Source: Nitrospirota bacterium
GTDB lineage: Bacteria; Nitrospirota; UBA9217
Direction of reading: 5' to 3'
Length of the DNA: 11,690 nt
NCBI GenBank assembly: GCA_029858565.1
Contig: JAOUEV010000085.1
Location: 1 to 11,690, forward strand
In this document: positions 1 to 8,191 of the stretch, piece after piece
How the letters are laid out: every line of letters starts with the position of its first letter
How positions within the stretch are numbered: the stretch's first letter is position 1
Translations under genes and position numbers: made by a program
Notes under the pieces: generated by a model
Database searches by the model: none
What the model saw: only the letters and a program-made list of their open reading frames with translations
Told to the model about the DNA's origin: nothing

Positions 1-636
1 GTTTGCGGTGGCGGCGATCCCCACGAGCCCGGCGGCAAGCCCGTCGAGGCCGTCGGTCAGGTTCACGGCGTTCGACGATCCGACAATGACCAGCACCGAG
101 AACGGCAGGTAGAACCAGCCGAGATCGATCACGAGCCGCTTGAAAAAGGGCACGGACAGATGTGCCGCCTCGGGATCGCCGGTGAAAAAGAACAGGAACA
201 GCCCGATGACCAGGGACGCGGCGATCTGGAGGCCGAACTTTTCCACGGCCCGGAGCCCGGTGGAGCGCTTCTTGACGATCTTGCGGTAATCATCCCAGAA
301 GCCGATGCCGCCAAAGGCCAGCGTGGCGAAGAGGACCACCCAGACATACTTGTTCGTCAGGTCCGACCAGAGAAGCACGGAAATGGTGACCGCCGCGATG
401 ATCAGCAGTCCTCCCATGGTCGGCGTTCCCTGCTTTGAAAGGTGCGTCTGGGGCCCGTCGTCGCGTACCTGCTGACCGAACTTGAGCGCCCGCAGCTTCC
501 TGATCATCCAGGGTCCCAGCACAAAGCTCACGATAAGCGCGGTGATCACCGCGCCGGCGCTCCGGAACGTGAGATACTTGAACACATTGAACCCGGAGAA
601 TGCCGTGTGGAGCGGATAGAGCAGATGATAGAGCAT
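1..636 (-). CDS. mraY: Phospho-N-acetylmuramoyl-pentapeptide transferase (N-terminal 212 codons; runs off the left edge)
   Basis: Not in the ORF track because it has no stop in the window. Manual translation from ATG 636 (TGATG overlap with the murF stop): [25 protein letters not shown]...KQGTPTMGG...GFWDDY...[14 protein letters not shown], the MraY signatures. Canonical position after murF. Confidence 0.97.
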   Translation of the reverse strand, partial: MLYHLLYPLHTAFSGFNVFKYLTFRSAGAVITALIVSFVLGPWMIRKLRALKFGQQVRDDGPQTHLSKQGTPTMGGLLIIAAVTISVLLWSDLTNKYVWVVLFATLAFGGIGFWDDYRKIVKKRSTGLRAVEKFGLQIAASLVIGLFLFFFTGDPEAAHLSVPFFKRLVIDLGWFYLPFSVLVIVGSSNAVNLTDGLDGLAAGLVGIAATAN

Positions 637-2039
637 CAGAACGCCTCCAGGACTTTTTCCATTTTCATGCCCCGCGAACCTTTGATCAGCACGGTGTCCC
701 CGGGCCGGGCCCGCTCGCGAAGCAGGGCAGCGGCTCGTTCAGCGCTGTCTGCCGGAAGCATCCGGTCAGCGGCCATGCCGCCGCTCCTCGCCCCGCCAAA
801 CACCTGCTGCTGCTGCGCGCCGAGCACGATCAGCAGATCAAGGCCGGCCGCTGCGGCAGCGCCGCCCACGGCCTGGTGGGCCGCCGCCCCTCCCTCGCCC
901 AGTTCGAGCATGTCGCCCAGCACGGCAATGGCAAGTCCGCCCTGGCGGCGAAGCGATGCCAGCAGGGTGATCGCCGCGGCCATGGAAGCGGGATTCGCGT
1001 TGTAGCAGTCTGCGATGACCGAGATGCCCCGAACCTCCCGCACCTCGGAGCGCATGGTCACCGGCCGGAACTTCTCAAGGCCGGCCTGCACTGTTTCCGG
1101 CGTCATGCCCAGGGCAACTGCCGCAGCGGCCGCGGCCAGCGCGTTGGACACGTTATGCCGGCCTGCCGCAGCGAGCCGCACCGGGAACGATCTTCCGCCG
1201 GCATGCAGCGCAAACTCGGTGCCCGCGACGGTCTGACGCAGGTCTGATGCGCGCACATCAGCGGGACGGTCGATCCCGAAGGAGATCGTCCTGCCGCGGA
1301 ACCGCGTCCGCAGCGCATCGAAGTATTGGTCATCGGCATTCAGCACGGCGGTCCCGTCGGACCGCATGGTCTCCAGCAGTTCGCCCTTGGCCCGGGCCAC
1401 ACCGTCGGTGCTCTTGAGGAACTCGAGGTGCGCTGGTCCGATGTTGGTGATCACGCCCACATCGGGCCGCGCAAGCCGCGTAAGCAGTTCGATCTCGCCG
1501 AAATTGCTCATGCCCAGTTCGATGACCGCGGCGCGGTGCGCCGGCCCGAGCTTGAGCAGCGTCAGCGGCACGCCGATATGGTTGTTCAGGTTCCCCTCGT
1601 TCTTGAGCACCGGCCCTTGATGAAGAAGTATCGCCGCAAGCATCTCCTTGGTCGTTGTTTTTCCGTTCGAGCCGGTCACGGCAACAAGAGGTATCGTGAA
1701 CCTGTTCCGGTGCATGAGCGACAGTTCCTGCAGCGAGCGGAGAGTGTCTTCGACCGGATAAATGTCCGGCCTGCCGCCCAGACCCGGGTGCCCGGTCTCG
1801 AGCGCGGACCGCTCGACCAGGGCCCCGCACGCGCCCTTGCGGAGCACCTCCTCGACGAAATCATGGCCGTCGAACCGGTCGCCGCGGATCGCGATGAACA
1901 GTTCGCCTTTCCCGATTGTTCGCGAATCTATGGATACGCCCTTGATCTCCATCGTGTCCATTCTCTCTGCAAGCACCGCCAATATGTTCACATCCATGTC
2001 CATCGACATTCCCTGCCGCACGGCTCCCGCGCCGGTCAT
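636..2039 (-). CDS. murF: UDP-N-acetylmuramoyl-tripeptide--D-Ala-D-Ala ligase
   Basis: SIDSR, FDGHDF, P-loop [58 protein letters not shown] 2039 overlaps the murE stop (ATGA); a slightly later Met (MSMDM) start is possible. Confidence 0.96.
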   Translation of the reverse strand: MTGAGAVRQGMSMDMDVNILAVLAERMDTMEIKGVSIDSRTIGKGELFIAIRGDRFDGHDFVEEVLRKGACGALVERSALETGHPGLGGRPDIYPVEDTLRSLQELSLMHRNRFTIPLVAVTGSNGKTTTKEMLAAILLHQGPVLKNEGNLNNHIGVPLTLLKLGPAHRAAVIELGMSNFGEIELLTRLARPDVGVITNIGPAHLEFLKSTDGVARAKGELLETMRSDGTAVLNADDQYFDALRTRFRGRTISFGIDRPADVRASDLRQTVAGTEFALHAGGRSFPVRLAAAGRHNVSNALAAAAAAVALGMTPETVQAGLEKFRPVTMRSEVREVRGISVIADCYNANPASMAAAITLLASLRRQGGLAIAVLGDMLELGEGGAAAHQAVGGAAAAAGLDLLIVLGAQQQQVFGGARSGGMAADRMLPADSAERAAALLRERARPGDTVLIKGSRGMKMEKVLEAF

Positions 2040-3577
2040 GGCTCGCGAAGATCCGGCCGCGCGCTCAGCCGGTTCCGGACAGCCCTGCGCGCCTCTTCCC
2101 GGTCGTCGAAATGATGCTTTGCTGCTCCCACGATCTGGTAATCCTCGTGGCCCTTGCCCGCGAGCACGACAATGTCTCCCGCTTCAGCCAGATCAATGGC
2201 CGTTTTTACGGCATCGCCGCGGTCGGGAACGACGAGATAAGGCCGCTTCCCCTCGGGAACCGCGGTCCCGGGCAGCGCGACACGCTGTCCGCGGCTGCTC
2301 ATGCCGGACTCGATCTCGCTGATGATCGCGAGCTCATCCTCCGTGCGCGGGTTGTCCGAGGTCACGATCACCACGTCGCTCCCTGCGAGCGCGGCGGCGC
2401 CCATCCTCGGCCGCTTGCTCCGGTCCCGGTCCCCTCCGCATCCGAACAGCGTGATCACCCGGCGCGTTGTCATGGCGCGGACCGCCTGGAGCAGCGCGAT
2501 GAGGGAGCCTTCGGTGTGGGCATAGTCCACCACCACGCCAAAGAGCTGGCCCTCGTCCACCTGTTCCATCCTGCCGGGCACTGCCGTCATCGCCTTGATG
2601 CCCTGGCAAATATCGTCCCGCGAGAAACCCAGCGCAATGCCAATGCCCACGGCAGCGAGGATGTTGGACACGTTGTAGGCGCCTGCCAGACTTGATTCGA
2701 TATCCATGTCGCCCAAAGGCGTTGCCAGCCTGAACCGGAGCCCGCTGATCGCCTGGTCGATCGCCGACGCCGGCCGGATATCAGCGCGGTCCGAAGATCC
2801 GTAGGTAATGACCCGGCCCGCGGTCCCTTCGATGATCTCCCGTCCCCGCGGGTCGTCGAGGTTCACCACCGCCGCTTTTCCGCGCGCCAGCCCGGTGAAC
2901 AGCAGCAGCTTGGCGCTGAAATATCCGTCCATGGACCCGTGAAAGTCCAGGTGTTCAGGCGCCAGATTCGTGAATGCCGCTGCCTCGAACGTGCATCCGT
3001 CGGTCCTGCCGAGTGCGAGCGCGTGGGAGGAGACCTCCATGACGCAGTACGCTGCTCCCTCGCCGACCATTTCCGCAAGAAGCGCCTGCAGATCGACCGA
3101 CTCAGGGGTCGTGTTGGGCGCCGGGATCACGCGGTCGCCGATCCGGTAATCGATGGTGCCGATCAACCCGGTCCGGTGGCCGGCCGCCTGGATGATGGAC
3201 CGCACGAGATAGCTCGTCGTTGTCTTGCCCTTGGTGCCCGTGATGCCAACGAGCTTGAGGCGCCGCGACGGGTATCCGTAGAACTTCGCCGCAGCCGCGG
3301 CCAGCGCTTTGCGCGTATCCGCCACGCGGATCACGATGGTGCTGCCGGCCCCCTCGACCGCGGCGGAGGATTCGACGATCACTGCCGCAGCCCCCAGCTG
3401 AAGGGCCTGCGGAACAAACCGATGGCCGTCCGAGTGAAATCCTCGCACGGCCACAAAGAGCGAGCCGGGAACGACCTGCCGGGAATCCTGCACCACGGAG
3501 GTTATCTCCCGCTCTTGCGCAGCGGCAGGAAGTGCTTCGCCGATGCTCAGCACTTCAGCCAGTTCGCCCAGTCTCAT
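2036..3577 (-). CDS. murE: UDP-N-acetylmuramoyl-L-Ala-D-Glu--meso-diaminopimelate ligase
   Basis: DSR, P-loop GITGTKGKTT, NTTPES, MEVSSH, FTNL..EHLDFH, DYAHT, FGCGGDRD, DAP-type DNPR motif, LAGKGHE. ATGA overlap with the ftsI stop. Confidence 0.97.
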   Translation of the reverse strand: MRLGELAEVLSIGEALPAAAQEREITSVVQDSRQVVPGSLFVAVRGFHSDGHRFVPQALQLGAAAVIVESSAAVEGAGSTIVIRVADTRKALAAAAAKFYGYPSRRLKLVGITGTKGKTTTSYLVRSIIQAAGHRTGLIGTIDYRIGDRVIPAPNTTPESVDLQALLAEMVGEGAAYCVMEVSSHALALGRTDGCTFEAAAFTNLAPEHLDFHGSMDGYFSAKLLLFTGLARGKAAVVNLDDPRGREIIEGTAGRVITYGSSDRADIRPASAIDQAISGLRFRLATPLGDMDIESSLAGAYNVSNILAAVGIGIALGFSRDDICQGIKAMTAVPGRMEQVDEGQLFGVVVDYAHTEGSLIALLQAVRAMTTRRVITLFGCGGDRDRSKRPRMGAAALAGSDVVIVTSDNPRTEDELAIISEIESGMSSRGQRVALPGTAVPEGKRPYLVVPDRGDAVKTAIDLAEAGDIVVLAGKGHEDYQIVGAAKHHFDDREEARRAVRNRLSARPDLREP

Positions 3578-5304
3578 CTTGCCACCAGGAGCATCCTGCC
3601 TCCTACATCGTCGGGCGGGACCTGCAGGTACGTCAGGCTCTGTTCCGCGACGGCCCGGAAGACGGGCGCGGCCACGCTGCTTCCCCAGGCCTCACCTACA
3701 GGACTGTCCACCATGACCACGATCACCAGCTTCGGCGCGGCCGCCGGCACGAACCCGGCAAAGGAGGTCACATAATCGTCCCGGGAATAGGTCCCGGTCC
3801 GCTGATCGATCTTTTGCGCTGTCCCGGTCTTTCCCGCAGCGGTATATCCCGCGGGCTTTGCCTTTTGTCCGGTCCCGCTGTCGACAACCTTCTGCAGGAT
3901 CTTCCGGAGCGTCGCGCTCGTTTCCGGCGAGATGACCCGGCCCGCGGGAACCTCCGGGCTCCTGTTCTCCTGCGACAGGTTCGGGCCGCGGATCTCGGAC
4001 ACGATCGTGGGCCGCCGCAATTCGCCGCCGTTCGCGATAACGCTGTAGGCAGCCGCCATCTGGATGGGCGTGACGCCGATCTCCTGGCCGATGGAAATAG
4101 AGGCGAGTGAAACGCCCGACCAGAGCCGGTGGTCCTTCACCATCCCCGCGATCTCACCCGGCAGGTCCACGCCGGTCTTTTTGCCGAACCCGAAGGCGTC
4201 GATGTATTTTGCCAGCCGGGCCTTGCCCAGCCGTTGAGCGATCTTGATGGTCCCCACGTTGCTCGACTGGGAGATCACGTCCGTAAAGGTCAGGACGCCG
4301 TTCCGGTGAGAGTCCTTGATCACCCGGTCGGCAACGCGGATGTTCCCGGCGCTGCAGTCGAAGCGCTCCTGCGGATGGGCAACCCGTTCCTCAAGCGCCG
4401 CTGCCGCGGTGATCGCCTTGAAGATCGACCCCGGTTCGAAGGAATCGGTCACCGCCCGGTTCCGCCACTCCTCGGGCCGGTGGCGCTGCGGGCTGTTCGG
4501 ATTGAACACCTGGCCCCCGCGCACCGTGGACCGCGCGGACAGGGCAAGGATCTCACCGGTCCGGGGATCCATGACGATGCAGACCCCGCCGCGGGCGCGG
4601 TGTTCGGCGATGCCGCGGTCAAGTTCCTTCTCCGCGATGTGCTGGATCACTTCATCGATGGTCAGGTACAGGTCCTTGCCCGGCTGCGGAAGCCGGTACT
4701 GAAGCCCGTGTCCGCCGGGAAATACCGTCCTTCCCTTGGCGTCCTTCTCCGCCACGATCCATCCTTCCTCGCCGCGAAGTTCCCTGTCAAAGAGCAGTTC
4801 GACGCCTTCAATACCCTTGTTGTCCACATTCGTGAAACCAAGCAGCGTTCCCGCAAGGGTCTTTTTCGGATAGAAGCGCCGCGCCTCGAACTTGAGCCCG
4901 ATGGCGTCAGGGTTCATTTCCCTGGCCTTTTCCGCGCTTTCCGGATCCGCCTTGCGGCTGATCCAGACGAACTGACGCTCGCTGGCCAGCTTGCGCTGGA
5001 GCTCCGCAGGATTCTGGCTCAGCACCCGTGCGAGACGGGTCGCCAGGCTGCGGGGGTCATCCACCTCCGAAGGCACCCCGTAGACCGACTCGGTATCAAG
5101 GCTCACGGCAAGCTCACGTCCCCTGCGGTCATAGATGGTCCCCCGCTTTGGTTCAAGACGGAGCACCTGCTCCTGCTGCCGTTCGGCCCGCCGCGTCAGG
5201 TCGCCGCGTTCGATGACCTGGAGATGGACGAGCCGGAGGGCCACCGCGAGGAAACCCAGGCCCGCGAGCACCAGCACGACCAGTATGCTCCTCTGACGCT
5301 CCAT
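3574..5304 (-). CDS. ftsI: Cell-division transpeptidase FtsI/PBP3 (class B PBP)
   Basis: N-terminal TM segment, RGTIYDR, RFYP, G.EGVE, LTID; catalytic SxxK (EPGSIFK), SxN (SSN), KTGT. GGAGG upstream of the ATG; canonical dcw position. Confidence 0.96.
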   Translation of the reverse strand: MERQRSILVVLVLAGLGFLAVALRLVHLQVIERGDLTRRAERQQEQVLRLEPKRGTIYDRRGRELAVSLDTESVYGVPSEVDDPRSLATRLARVLSQNPAELQRKLASERQFVWISRKADPESAEKAREMNPDAIGLKFEARRFYPKKTLAGTLLGFTNVDNKGIEGVELLFDRELRGEEGWIVAEKDAKGRTVFPGGHGLQYRLPQPGKDLYLTIDEVIQHIAEKELDRGIAEHRARGGVCIVMDPRTGEILALSARSTVRGGQVFNPNSPQRHRPEEWRNRAVTDSFEPGSIFKAITAAAALEERVAHPQERFDCSAGNIRVADRVIKDSHRNGVLTFTDVISQSSNVGTIKIAQRLGKARLAKYIDAFGFGKKTGVDLPGEIAGMVKDHRLWSGVSLASISIGQEIGVTPIQMAAAYSVIANGGELRRPTIVSEIRGPNLSQENRSPEVPAGRVISPETSATLRKILQKVVDSGTGQKAKPAGYTAAGKTGTAQKIDQRTGTYSRDDYVTSFAGFVPAAAPKLVIVVMVDSPVGEAWGSSVAAPVFRAVAEQSLTYLQVPPDDVGGRMLLVAR

Positions 5305-5316
5305 ACCCCTCCGCTG

Positions 5317-5703
5317 CTACCGGCTGTTCGGAACGCGGTCGTCGGGCCGCTGCACGCGGTCTGCAGGGGCGGTCCCGGTTGCCGCGCTTCGCCGCTTGAC
5401 GACCACGATATTCTCCTTCGGCGGCCGCACCATGCCGAGTCTTTTCACGGCGATCTCCTCGATCCGTGCCGGCGTCGACAGACTGGATGCTTCGATCTGG
5501 AGCGCCCTGTTCGAACGTTCCAGCTCCTGCTTCTTCTTCTCAAGGTCGTTGATCTGGTATCCGAGCCGCATGATCTGGACCTTGCCCCCCACATAGGTCA
5601 TAAGGGCGATGACGGCAATGCCCGCAAGCACGATCCTGCGAACGCTGTTGTTCTTCATCGCCTCCAGAGGAAAGGCTCCGATATGTCCGGTTCGGGTGTT
5701 CAT
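5317..5703 (-). CDS. ftsL: Cell division protein FtsL (start uncertain: ATG 5703 or ATG 5658)
   Basis: Single TM helix (IVLAGIAVIALMTYV), then a coiled coil and the FtsL tail LQIEASSLSTPARIEEIAVKRLGM..P; lies between rsmH and ftsI. The ORF-track start at 5886 overlaps rsmH and is rejected. Confidence 0.9.
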   Translation of the reverse strand: MNTRTGHIGAFPLEAMKNNSVRRIVLAGIAVIALMTYVGGKVQIMRLGYQINDLEKKKQELERSNRALQIEASSLSTPARIEEIAVKRLGMVRPPKENIVVVKRRSAATGTAPADRVQRPDDRVPNSR

Positions 5704-5756
5704 AGGGTGATCCGATGCAAAAGGTAAAGTCCAACGCGCGGAATGCGGTTTCTCCT

Positions 5757-6725
5757 TTACCCGACCTTTTCCGCTGCCCGAAGTTTTGCGCTCCGCGACG
5801 CGGGATTGGACGCGATCTCGGCCTCCGATGCGGATATGGGGCGCTTCGTCACTATCAGGAGGTCCGCACGCTTCCCGCACCGGCACTGGGGAAACTTCGG
5901 CGGACAGATGCAGGTCTTCGCGTGCTCCACAAAGGACTGCTTCACGATGCGGTCCTCCAGGGAATGAAAGGAGATGACCGCGATGCGTCCGCCCGGCCTG
6001 AGCAGCCGGATCAGGTCTTCCAATCCGGCGGCAAGGGTGTTCATTTCGTCGTTCACGGCGATGCGCAGGGCCTGAAAGGACAGCGTGGCAGGATGGATCC
6101 GCCGGGGAGGATAGGGAGGAAATACGCTCGAAACGATCTCTGCGAGTTGCACCGTGCTCGTGATCGGCCCCCGGGTCCTCGCCTTCTCAATGGCCTTCGC
6201 GATGAGCGCCGCTTTTTTTTCTTCGCCGTACTCGCGCAGGATCCTTGTAAGCTCCTGCCGCGGGAGGGTATTCACCAGGTCCGCAGCGGTTGACCTTGTC
6301 CGCTGGTCCATGCGCATATCCAGGGGACCGTCGGTCTGAAAACTGAATCCCCGCTCCGGTGTGCGCAGATGGAACCAGGAAAGCCCCAGATCAAGGATCG
6401 CGCCGTCGATGGCCTCGAGACCGAGATCCGCAAGCGCTTCCGCGGCATTCCGGAAGTTCTCCCGCCGGACCACGGCCCGGGTGCCGAACGGCGAGAGCCG
6501 CTCCGCGGCCCGCACAAGCGCGCCTTCGTCCTGGTCCAGCCCGATCACGATACCGTCAGGACCGGTGCGGCGCAGCAGCTCTTCCGCATGTCCGCCGCCG
6601 CCGAGCGTGCCGTCCAGATATACTCCGCCGGGCCTCGGCTGGATCAGATCAACGGTCTCCCGCAGGAGCACGGTTATGTGCTCCAATTGCGGATTGCGGA
6701 TTTCGGATTTCGGATTGAATCCCAT
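5757..6725 (-). CDS. rsmH: 16S rRNA m4C1402 methyltransferase RsmH (MraW)
   Basis: HITVL, DGTLGGGGHA, DLGLS, RGFSF..DGPLDMRMD, HPATLSFQALRIAVNDE, ISFHSLEDRIVK, NPASRSAKLR. Start is either ATG 6725 (GAGG 8 nt upstream) or TTG 6686. Confidence 0.97.
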   Translation of the reverse strand: MGFNPKSEIRNPQLEHITVLLRETVDLIQPRPGGVYLDGTLGGGGHAEELLRRTGPDGIVIGLDQDEGALVRAAERLSPFGTRAVVRRENFRNAAEALADLGLEAIDGAILDLGLSWFHLRTPERGFSFQTDGPLDMRMDQRTRSTAADLVNTLPRQELTRILREYGEEKKAALIAKAIEKARTRGPITSTVQLAEIVSSVFPPYPPRRIHPATLSFQALRIAVNDEMNTLAAGLEDLIRLLRPGGRIAVISFHSLEDRIVKQSFVEHAKTCICPPKFPQCRCGKRADLLIVTKRPISASEAEIASNPASRSAKLRAAEKVG

Positions 6726-6797
6726 TCAACAATCCTCACTCACCTGCTGTGCCGCTGCGTTTATAATCCGCGATCGGCAATCCGCAATCCGCAATTG
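6684..6797. repeat. Inverted pair of heptamer tandem-repeat arrays (unit ~AATCCG(C/A)); 33-bp arms 6684-6716 and 6765-6797, 48-nt spacer
   Basis: The reverse complement of the left arm (aatccgaaatccgaaatccgcaatccgcaattg) matches the right arm (aatccgcgatcggcaatccgcaatccgcaattg) at 29/33 positions. Confidence 0.93.
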
Positions 6798-6799
6798 TC

Positions 6800-7159
6800 T
6801 TACAGTCCCAGCGGCAGGCTCATGACCGGCTTGGTCACGCCGAAGCTCTTCGCAGCCTGCTGGGCCGAGTCAAAGACCTGGAACTCCTCCAGGATGTTCG
6901 TGGTCTTGAAGATGTTCTTTACATAGTCGGAAAGGCAGGCGAGCCGAAGATCGCCGCCGAACGCCTGGAGCCGCTTCTTCTCTTCCACCAGCGACGGCAG
7001 CGTGGCGAAATTGATATGCTCCACGGCTTCGAAGTTCAGGATGAGGCCGTACATTTCGCCTTTGATCAACTGGCCGACAACGCGGTTGATCTCCGCCACT
7101 TTCCGGGCGTCGATCTCTCCGTCGAGGTTCATTTGATATACTTTGACCTTTTCCGTCAT
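6800..7159 (-). CDS. STAS-domain (SpoIIAA/RsbV anti-sigma-factor-antagonist-like) protein
   Basis: 119 aa with the STAS pattern LDGEID...LILNFEAVEHIN...GGDLRLACLSDYVKNIFKTT.I...F.VFDS...A. Starts 3 nt after the mraZ stop on the same strand. Confidence 0.88.
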   Translation of the reverse strand: MTEKVKVYQMNLDGEIDARKVAEINRVVGQLIKGEMYGLILNFEAVEHINFATLPSLVEEKKRLQAFGGDLRLACLSDYVKNIFKTTNILEEFQVFDSAQQAAKSFGVTKPVMSLPLGL

Positions 7160-7162
7160 CGG

Positions 7163-7597
7163 TCAGAGTCCCAGCGAGGACAGCGCCTCGCTGATCTTGT
7201 CCCCGCTCTGGGACTTGCGTGCATCCCAGGCAGCCTTGGACCAGATCTCCATCTTGTTGATGATCCCGACCACCATCACGGATTTGCTGATGCCCGCGCT
7301 GTCGCGCAACGCCGGCGGGATGAGGATGCGTCCCTGCCGGTCAAGTTCGCATTCCGTTGCGGATGAGAACAGGAACCTCACAAAGTCCTTAACTTCTTTC
7401 TGCGTCTGGGGAAGGGCTTTGATCTTCTCCTCAAAGCGCTCCCACTCTTCGAGCGGATAGACCGCGACACAGTTGTCATAGTCCATGGTAAGCACCAGTT
7501 TTCCCTCGTAGCGGTCGGCGACAATGTCGCGGAACTTCGACGGAACGCTCACCCGGCCCTTGGAGTCTACGCTATGTTCAAAACTGCCTCGGAACAC
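7163..7597 (-). CDS. mraZ: Transcriptional regulator MraZ (probable GTG start, 144 aa)
   Basis: MFRGSFEHSVDSKGRVSVP and ELDRQGRILIP, two DxxxR AbrB-like repeats. AGGAGG sits just upstream of GTG 7597, so the ORF-track ATG 7612 probably reads through the RBS. Confidence 0.96.
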   Translation of the reverse strand: MFRGSFEHSVDSKGRVSVPSKFRDIVADRYEGKLVLTMDYDNCVAVYPLEEWERFEEKIKALPQTQKEVKDFVRFLFSSATECELDRQGRILIPPALRDSAGISKSVMVVGIINKMEIWSKAAWDARKSQSGDKISEALSSLGL

Positions 7598-7615
7598 TGC
7601 TCCTCCTACCATCTT

Positions 7616-7640
7616 CCACTGCGCCCCACTTTATACCACT
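7616..7640 (-). promoter_or_regulatory. MraZ operator: three AGTGG boxes at 10-bp period
   Basis: ccact at 7616-7620, 7626-7630 and 7636-7640 (minus strand AGTGG-N5-AGTGG-N5-AGTGG), matching the known phased GTGG/TGGG MraZ-binding repeats; lies between the -10 element and the RBS. Confidence 0.88.
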
Positions 7641-7649
7641 TTTGCCAAA

Positions 7650-7678
7650 AGTATAACTATCTGGCCTACTTATGTCAA
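7650..7678 (-). promoter_or_regulatory. sigma70-type promoter of the dcw cluster (Pmra)
   Basis: TTGACA (7678-7673), 17 bp, TATACT (7655-7650); AT-rich UP-like tract at about 7679-7696. Confidence 0.88.
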
Positions 7679-7744
7679 GAAAAATATTTATTTTATGAGA
7701 AGTTAGCCGGTGGGTCGTCTTTTTCGAGGTTTACGTTTTTTGGC

Positions 7745-7773
7745 GTGACAAAGGCTGATTATCTGGTTAGAAT
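7745..7773 (+). promoter_or_regulatory. Putative sigma70 promoter for the HNH gene
   Basis: GTGACA (7745-7750), 17 bp, TAGAAT (7768-7773); ATG 7787 lies 13 nt after the -10. Confidence 0.55.
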
Positions 7774-7786
7774 GAACCTGTTCATT

Positions 7787-8083
7787 ATGGAACCTTTTCA
7801 GACGGTGGATGAAGAACATATCAAACGGGAAAAAGCAAAAGCCCGTGAGCTGCGAAACTCGCAATGGTGGAAACGGAAGCGCTCTTCCGGGATCTGCTAT
7901 TATTGCGGGAAAAAATCCAAGGCAACGGAATTGACCATGGATCACCTTGTTCCGGTGGTGCGGGGCGGCAGATCGGTCGAATCGAACGTAGTCCCGGCAT
8001 GCAAGGACTGCAACAGCAAAAAAAAATATCTCCTCCCGACCGAATGGGAGGAGTATCTGAATTCACTCAAAAAAGAGGATTAA
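7787..8083 (+). CDS. Small HNH endonuclease-family protein (98 aa, Zn-binding, McrA/YajD-like)
   Basis: CYYC...LTMDHLVPVVRGG....NVVPACKDCNSKK: two CxxC pairs plus an H-N-N nuclease core. Start taken as ATG 7787 (ATG 7772 possible); the ORF-track extension to 7574 overlaps mraZ and its promoter. Confidence 0.88.
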   Translation: MEPFQTVDEEHIKREKAKARELRNSQWWKRKRSSGICYYCGKKSKATELTMDHLVPVVRGGRSVESNVVPACKDCNSKKKYLLPTEWEEYLNSLKKED

Positions 8084-8191
8084 GCAAGCGGTTCCCGAGG
8101 CCGACATCACGCCCTCAGGATCGCTCCGAGGTCTGGCCCCCCCTGGCCTCGTTCGCCGAGCGAAGCTCATCCGGCATTCCGCACTTGCACG

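Noticed and set aside
5704-5886. N-terminal extension of FtsL (189-aa ORF) and the AAGGAG just after the rsmH stop
   Set aside because: The extension overlaps conserved rsmH coding sequence; the AAGGAG has no in-frame start at usable spacing and only a weak bridging fold. The start is left uncertain.
6213-6220. T8 run (A8 on the coding strand) in rsmH as a phase-variation site
   Set aside because: Encodes E-K-K in an intact frame; too short to support slippage without read data.
6684-6797. CRISPR-like array
   Set aside because: The units are contiguous 7-mers with no unique spacers, and there are no cas genes.
160-6926. Long plus-strand ORFs antisense to dcw genes (e.g. 4129-5727 532 aa, 2939-3775, 1326-2114, 600-1247)
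   Set aside because: Shadow ORFs expected from high-GC codon bias opposite well-supported genes; no recognisable motifs.
7574-7786. 169-aa version of the HNH ORF
   Set aside because: The extension runs across the mraZ start, operator and promoter and looks non-coding; the HNH-like sequence begins at about MEPF.
8018-8026. A9 run in the HNH gene as a frameshift signal
   Set aside because: Encodes KKK in an intact frame with a normal-looking C-terminus; no obvious alternative-frame product.
8084-8191. GC-rich hairpins (e.g. CGAGGTC...GGCCTCG) between the convergent HNH and BCAM0308-like genes
   Set aside because: Imperfect stems with no U tract on either strand; cannot be called a terminator or ncRNA.
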